A DNA stretch of 37,981 nucleotides from positions 1 to 37,981 of the forward strand of contig JACQID010000001.1 in assembly GCA_016198685.1 (NCBI GenBank). The letters are read 5' to 3'. This DNA is from Candidatus Aenigmatarchaeota archaeon (GTDB lineage Archaea; Aenigmatarchaeota; Aenigmatarchaeia; GW2011-AR5). How positions within the stretch are numbered: the first letter of the stretch is position 1; each line of letters starts with the position of its first letter. This document shows positions 33,223-37,981 of this stretch, piece by piece. The position numbers and the translations under genes are program-made. The notes under the pieces are model-generated. The model had not been told where the DNA came from. It made no database searches and was given only the letters and a program-made list of their open reading frames with translations.

Positions 33223-35004
33223 ATGGAAGTGAAGTCCCGCGCCAAGTTAATGGCGGAGATATTGAAAAAGCAGACTGGCCACGCCGATAGCTATATTCAG
33301 GAACAGAAAGAGAAACCCAAAGAAAAATTCATGCTCAGGGGCTATCTCTACAGAAAACTCATCAAGCCTGTTGAGCAACTGACGGCCTTAGGCCGTGCAG
33401 GGCAGATGCTGAACCTTCAGAAGAAGGAAGCTGCAGTTTTTCCAAAATTTGTTATTTATCCTTCAAAAAGCTTGTCGCATCTTTCTCCGAAAGATTCTGT
33501 GAAAAGCAAGAGCATGATGTATCCTCTAATCAAGCCGTATTCTTACGCCAACATCAAGATCAATATAGCGGATGATAGTATGCTTTACACGGTCCTTGAG
33601 CCTCAGCTCACGGAAAGGGAGAAAAAGATATTTGAAAAGCTGAAGGAAGGGCTGATGCAAATAATAGACATAAGCCTTGATGACATCAACGAGCAGGAAA
33701 AGATGATGGATTATCTGGAAAAAAATGTCAGGAACCTCATAGAAGAATACGGATTTGCTGTCAATGATAAAGAATATCTCAAGATAATGTATTTCATTTC
33801 CCGCGATTTTGTCGGATTGAATGAAATCGAGCCTCTGCTTAACGACCCATACATTGAAGACATTGGGTGTGATGGCACTGCGGTCCCGATATACGTCGTT
33901 CATCAGCGTTACGGCTCGATAAGAACTAACATAATGTTCAAGGACGAGATTTATCTCAAGGACTTTGTGACAAAGCTGGCCGAGCGCTGTGACAGATACA
34001 TAAGCTATGCCGAGCCATTGCTTGACGGCACTCTGCCGAGTGGCTCAAGAGTCCAGGCATCGCTTGCGGCGGATGTAACTACCAAAGGCCCGACTTTCTC
34101 AATAAGAAAGTTCCGTGAATCGCCTTTCACTCCGGCAGACATGATAAATTTCAACACCGCGTCAGTGGACATGCTCGCCTACTTGTGGTTTGCCGTGGAA
34201 CATGGCGCTAACATCCTTATTGCAGGAGGCGTTGCGACAGGAAAAACATCATTCCTCAATACGCTCTCCATGTTCATTGACGATGAAGCCAAGATAGTAA
34301 GCATAGAAGATACAAGAGAACTATCGCTCCCCCATGAGAACTGGATACCTGGCGTTGCCAGAGTAGGCTTCTCAGGCTCCAACGTAGGGGAGATATCGAT
34401 GTTCGATTTGCTCAAGGAAAGCTTCAGGCAGAATCCTGATTACCTGATAGTAGGCGAGATAAGAGGCAAGGAAGCATACGTCATGTTCCAGGCAATGGCA
34501 TCAGGACATCCGTCCATAGCCACGATCCATGCCGGGAGCATGGATGACGTCATGAAAAGGCTCAGTACCGAACCCATAAACATATCGCCAGGGCTGCTCG
34601 ATGTACTGGATATTGTCGTTGTAATGATACATGCAAGAGACAAGGGCAAATCCGCAAGGCGGGTGAAGGAGATAGCTGAACTTGAGAGCGTGGATGCCGT
34701 GACAGGAAGGCCGCGTGTTTCCAAATCCTTTGTCTGGCTTCCGTCAGAAGACAGCTTTGAATACCGGGGTAATTCATGGATATTGCACAAGATATCGTCG
34801 GAAAGAGGCATTCCAATAAATTCCATACTTGGGGATATTTCCAGGAGGAAAGTGCTGATAAAATGGATGGCAGACAGGAATATCAACGACATGAAGGAAG
34901 CATCCCGGTATCTTTTGCTCTATAAGCAGGATCCGCAGAAGCTTGCACAGATAATAGGTGAACGTCTTGATAAAGAGGACAAGAGTGGGAATCCCGGGTT
35001 TTGA
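33223..35004 (+). CDS. Type IV pilus / type II secretion assembly ATPase (TadA/FlaI/VirB11 family)
   Basis: LLNDPYIEDIGCDG, PLLDGTLPSGSRV, FSIRKF, Walker A GGVATGKTS, SIEDTREL, RQNPDYLIVGEIRG and His box GHPSIATIHA. Confidence 0.96.
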   Translation: MEVKSRAKLMAEILKKQTGHADSYIQEQKEKPKEKFMLRGYLYRKLIKPVEQLTALGRAGQMLNLQKKEAAVFPKFVIYPSKSLSHLSPKDSVKSKSMMYPLIKPYSYANIKINIADDSMLYTVLEPQLTEREKKIFEKLKEGLMQIIDISLDDINEQEKMMDYLEKNVRNLIEEYGFAVNDKEYLKIMYFISRDFVGLNEIEPLLNDPYIEDIGCDGTAVPIYVVHQRYGSIRTNIMFKDEIYLKDFVTKLAERCDRYISYAEPLLDGTLPSGSRVQASLAADVTTKGPTFSIRKFRESPFTPADMINFNTASVDMLAYLWFAVEHGANILIAGGVATGKTSFLNTLSMFIDDEAKIVSIEDTRELSLPHENWIPGVARVGFSGSNVGEISMFDLLKESFRQNPDYLIVGEIRGKEAYVMFQAMASGHPSIATIHAGSMDDVMKRLSTEPINISPGLLDVLDIVVVMIHARDKGKSARRVKEIAELESVDAVTGRPRVSKSFVWLPSEDSFEYRGNSWILHKISSERGIPINSILGDISRRKVLIKWMADRNINDMKEASRYLLLYKQDPQKLAQIIGERLDKEDKSGNPGF

Positions 35005-35659
35005 CAGTCTCATTGACAACGGCATCCCGGAAAAGGATCTGGTTCTGCTTAGCGGTACGTGCGGCGCCGGCAAGACGGTCTTTGGCCTCGGTTTTTTGTG
35101 TTCTCTTGCGGACAAAGAACACGGCATTTATGTCAGCTTCGAGGAGGAAATCGAGCAGATAAAGGGAACGGCAATGGCCTTAGGGTGGGATGCGGAAGGC
35201 ATGGAAAGGAGCGGCAAGATAAAATTCCTCAAATACAATCCCTACCAGCTTGAGGACATCATAGAAATTGTCGAAAATAACATAAGGGAAATCGGAGCAA
35301 CGAGAGTAGTCATAGATTCCATTTCGGCTATAGGCGTCTATGTTAAGGATGTCACAGAACTCAGAAGGATGATACTTCAGATAAGCGAGATGCTGCGCAA
35401 GAACAACTGCACATCGATACTGATATCAGAGACCGTTACAGGGAAGAACGCGCTTTCCAGGTTTGGGGTTGAGGAGTTCGTCGCTGACGGTGTCATACTG
35501 CTTCACAACATGCTCATAGGGGGCGAATACAGGCGGGGGTTGAGCGTATGGAAGATGCGCTCAACCGACCACTCAAGGAAGATACATCCCTATAAGATAA
35601 CGAATAAAGGCTTCACGGTATATCCGGAAGACACTATATCCTTCAATCCGAAGGCCTGA
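34967..35659 (+). CDS. Single-domain KaiC-like RecA-superfamily ATPase
   Basis: GIPGFDSLIDNGIP, Walker A SGTCGAGKT, YVSFEE, RVVIDSIS, FGVEEFVADGVILL and WKMRSTDH. The TTG at 34967 follows AGGTGA; the ORF track start is 34958. The gene overlaps the ATPase 3' end. Confidence 0.92.
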   Translation: MIKRTRVGIPGFDSLIDNGIPEKDLVLLSGTCGAGKTVFGLGFLCSLADKEHGIYVSFEEEIEQIKGTAMALGWDAEGMERSGKIKFLKYNPYQLEDIIEIVENNIREIGATRVVIDSISAIGVYVKDVTELRRMILQISEMLRKNNCTSILISETVTGKNALSRFGVEEFVADGVILLHNMLIGGEYRRGLSVWKMRSTDHSRKIHPYKITNKGFTVYPEDTISFNPKA

Positions 35660-35723
35660 GCAGCGCCAAAAGTTTTTTTAAGCGGCGGAAAGATATAATC
35701 ATACCGTCGTGAATGGTGACTGC

Positions 35724-36590
35724 ATGTATAAGCCTATCGTAAGAATTCTGGGACAGATAGTCATAACCAATGCCCCCAAGTTCTCTGATAACTTACGCAT
35801 GTGCCTGCAGAAGGCCGATGTCAAAGCACTCTACGAAATCTACATAGGCAAGATGGTATTTTTTTCTATCGTGACGTTCTTTGCGGTTTTCTTCTCGACC
35901 TTCATAAATGGAATCATAATCGGCGCCGATATTTTCATCCTGTTACTGAACAGCATAAGCACGTCTTCCATATTGGCGTTCCTCGTTGCGGCAGCTTACA
36001 ATTATTATCCGCGGCAGATAATAGCGACAAAGAAAAACAACATAGAAGGGAACATGCCTTTTGCAGTCAACCACATGGCAGCCATCGCTTCTTCGGGCGT
36101 TCCGCCTTTTATCATATTCAAGCTGATATCGAACGTTCCCGAATACGGGCAGATAACGAATGAGATGAAGAGGATAGTAAGAAACATAGAAGTATTCGGC
36201 ATGGACATGGTCTCAGGGATAAAGAACGTGGCAGACAGGACGCCGTCGATTGAATTCAGCCAGTTCCTTTACAGTGTCATATCCAACATAGAAACAGGAG
36301 GAGACATAAGGAGGTTCTTTGACAATTATGCCAGGGAAACGATGCTCAATTACAGGATCAAGAGGGACAAGTATATCAAGACTCTTTCGACCTATGCCGA
36401 CTTCTATACTGCAGTTCTTATAGCCGCCCCGTTGTTCTTCATATCCATACTCTCGATAATGGCGATAATAGGGGGCAGCGTGTTCGGGCTTGACATAGCG
36501 ACTGCCATGAGCATGGGGGTCTATATTCTCATACCTCTGCTCAACGTGCTGTTCCTGCTGTTCATTAACTACACTCAGCCGGTGATATGA
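35724..36590 (+). CDS. Type II secretion system F / TadC-like pilus platform protein
   Basis: IEGNMPFAVNHMAAIASSGVPP, EYGQITNEM, GMDMVSGI..VADRTPS and TGGD. The ATG at 35724 follows GGTGA. Confidence 0.9.
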   Translation: MYKPIVRILGQIVITNAPKFSDNLRMCLQKADVKALYEIYIGKMVFFSIVTFFAVFFSTFINGIIIGADIFILLLNSISTSSILAFLVAAAYNYYPRQIIATKKNNIEGNMPFAVNHMAAIASSGVPPFIIFKLISNVPEYGQITNEMKRIVRNIEVFGMDMVSGIKNVADRTPSIEFSQFLYSVISNIETGGDIRRFFDNYARETMLNYRIKRDKYIKTLSTYADFYTAVLIAAPLFFISILSIMAIIGGSVFGLDIATAMSMGVYILIPLLNVLFLLFINYTQPVI

Positions 36591-37447
36591 TGAAAAAAAA
36601 CAAAGGTATCATTGAGGCACTGCGCTCGCAGATCAAAGAGAAACACAGCGACAGGGTAGACATCATAGCAGTAGGCCTTATTTCCGCCTTCGTCGGCCTG
36701 ATAATAGAATACATAAACATCCAGCTCTTTGTCAATCATGGTGAAATGTTTGCTCTTGTCAGCCTGTTTGGAATACTCGTCATACTCGTCCCGCCTCTCT
36801 CGATAAAGTACTACAGGTTCTCGATAACAAAGAAGCTTGAAGAGTCGTTCCCGAAATTCCTGAGCGACGTGACCTCTAACATAAAATCCGGCATGACTCT
36901 GCCGCAGGCGCTTCGCGCCCTGCAATACGACAGCTACGGAAAGCTTGGTCCTTACGTCAAGGAGATAAATGCCAAGATTTCGTGGGGGGTTCCGTTCAAC
37001 AAGGTTCTTCTCAACTTTGCAAAGAAGACGGAAAGCCCGAACCTAACCAGGACTGCCCGTTCCATAATCGAGGCGCATAGGTCAGGAGGCACCATGGATA
37101 CGGTGCTTCAGGCGGTTTCTGAATCACTCTACGAGCTTGAGAGGATAAAGAAGGAACGGTCATCCTCGGTATACTCGCAAATGCTCAACGGCTATATGAT
37201 ATTCTTCATATTCCTGTCTGTAATGATAGGGATGTCGCGTTTCCTTTTGCCTACGTTTAATTTCGGCGATGGAAATTCAGGATTCGCAGATACATTGCCC
37301 GCCATATTCAGGAATATAGTCCTTATACAGGGCGTTTTTGCCGGCCTGACGATCGGAAAAATGTCCGAAGGCAGGATAATCGCAGGAGTCAAGCACGCGA
37401 TAGTCCTCGCAGTCGTGGGATTCACCGTGGTCGTGCTTGCAGGCTGA
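36587..37447 (+). CDS. Second type II secretion system F / TadB/C-like platform protein
   Basis: LEESFPKFLSDVTSNIKSGMTLPQAL, YGKL, SWGVPF..VL, SGG...TVL and GKMSEG....GVKH. ATGA overlap with the previous gene. Confidence 0.9.
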   Translation: MMKKNKGIIEALRSQIKEKHSDRVDIIAVGLISAFVGLIIEYINIQLFVNHGEMFALVSLFGILVILVPPLSIKYYRFSITKKLEESFPKFLSDVTSNIKSGMTLPQALRALQYDSYGKLGPYVKEINAKISWGVPFNKVLLNFAKKTESPNLTRTARSIIEAHRSGGTMDTVLQAVSESLYELERIKKERSSSVYSQMLNGYMIFFIFLSVMIGMSRFLLPTFNFGDGNSGFADTLPAIFRNIVLIQGVFAGLTIGKMSEGRIIAGVKHAIVLAVVGFTVVVLAG

Positions 37448-37497
37448 GGCAACATCTTTTTAGGAAGCGGCACACATAATTCGTCAGGGTTTATCAC

Positions 37498-37981
37498 ATG
37501 GAAAAATCGTGCCGTTATCACATAGTCGTTTTCGCGGTTATTTTTGCATTTTTGCCCGTGCTTTCATACGCAACAGAGCAGTCCTCCTGTGCGACATTAA
37601 GCTCGACTGACACTTACACGCTGACGCAGGATGTGGCAGCAACAGGCACTTGTTTCACCATAACGGCGTCGGACGTGACGCTTGACTGCGCAGGCTATCT
37701 TATCAACTATTCGCAATCTTCTTCATCAACGTACGGAGTTACAGTGAGCGGCTCGGCGCACGGTTTCACTATCAAGAACTGTCGCATAATGAAAGGTTCT
37801 CCTACAACATCATCTGGATACGGCATTTATATCTCTGGCCCTGACAAGGGCCTCGTGCAGAATAATACTGTTATCACTGATGGCGACACTGTAGTGGACA
37901 GTAATTATGGTATTTTTCTTTCAGGAACTACGGACACGGTCATTTATAACAATACTGTCGTGACGAAGGGTGATGACACTA
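37498..37981 (+). CDS. 3'-truncated secreted right-handed beta-helix (NosD/pectin-lyase-like) surface protein
   Basis: Not in the ORF track because it has no stop in the window. Translation: MEKSCRYHIVVFAVIFAFLPVLSYA (signal peptide) ...CATLSSTDTYTLTQDV..TGTCFTITASDVTLDCAGY...YGI.ISG...VQNNTV..YGIFLSG...YNNTV. Confidence 0.85.
   Translation, partial: MEKSCRYHIVVFAVIFAFLPVLSYATEQSSCATLSSTDTYTLTQDVAATGTCFTITASDVTLDCAGYLINYSQSSSSTYGVTVSGSAHGFTIKNCRIMKGSPTTSSGYGIYISGPDKGLVQNNTVITDGDTVVDSNYGIFLSGTTDTVIYNNTVVTKGDDT

Noticed and set aside
32943-33245. 100-aa minus-strand ORF over the eS26 gene, and the many other short antisense/overlapping ORFs in the track
   Set aside because: They overlap well-supported genes on the opposite strand or frame and show no motifs, SD sites or promoters.
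34967-35659. Circadian clock KaiC
   Set aside because: It is single-domain, lacks the S/T phosphosites, has no kaiA/kaiB nearby, and sits in a pilus operon.
1-37981. Mobile elements (IS, integrase, provirus) or a DGR reverse transcriptase
   Set aside because: No transposase, recombinase, capsid, terminase or RT motifs were recognised in any ORF.

Overview
This is a gene-dense archaeal chromosome segment. aIF2-gamma, aIF5B, aEF-1alpha, eS6, uS10 and an eS26-like protein show the domain, and TATA-box and GGTGA/AGGAGGT ribosome-binding motifs are visible. Short or overlapping intergenic gaps, many lineage-specific ORFs and large Cys-rich surface proteins suggest a DPANN-type organism (inference, not a database result). 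In order, the window holds: the 3' part of a pilin-like/Ig/DUF1554 surface protein followed by a 48-bp tandem duplication; an M42 aminopeptidase; a ZIP-like membrane protein with a type II P-type ATPase; DsbA with a CxxC membrane partner; translation genes interleaved with ORFans; a thymidylate/one-carbon cluster (MtrA-like/ThyA/DUF4346 fusion, an ECF S-component-like membrane protein, tandem-domain ThyX, bacterial-type GlyA); ThiI and Ndk; rhomboid with a solo Cas4-like nuclease; a four-gene lipid-linked glycosylation cluster; a 1292-aa modular surface protein with a 165-codon cassette nested inside a copy of its own N-terminal module; eS26; and a type IV pilus operon (ATPase, KaiC-like ATPase, two TadC-like proteins) running into a beta-helix surface protein. 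I found no tRNA, rRNA, CRISPR array, transposase, integrase or reverse transcriptase. All domain names come from motif recognition by eye; no searches were run.
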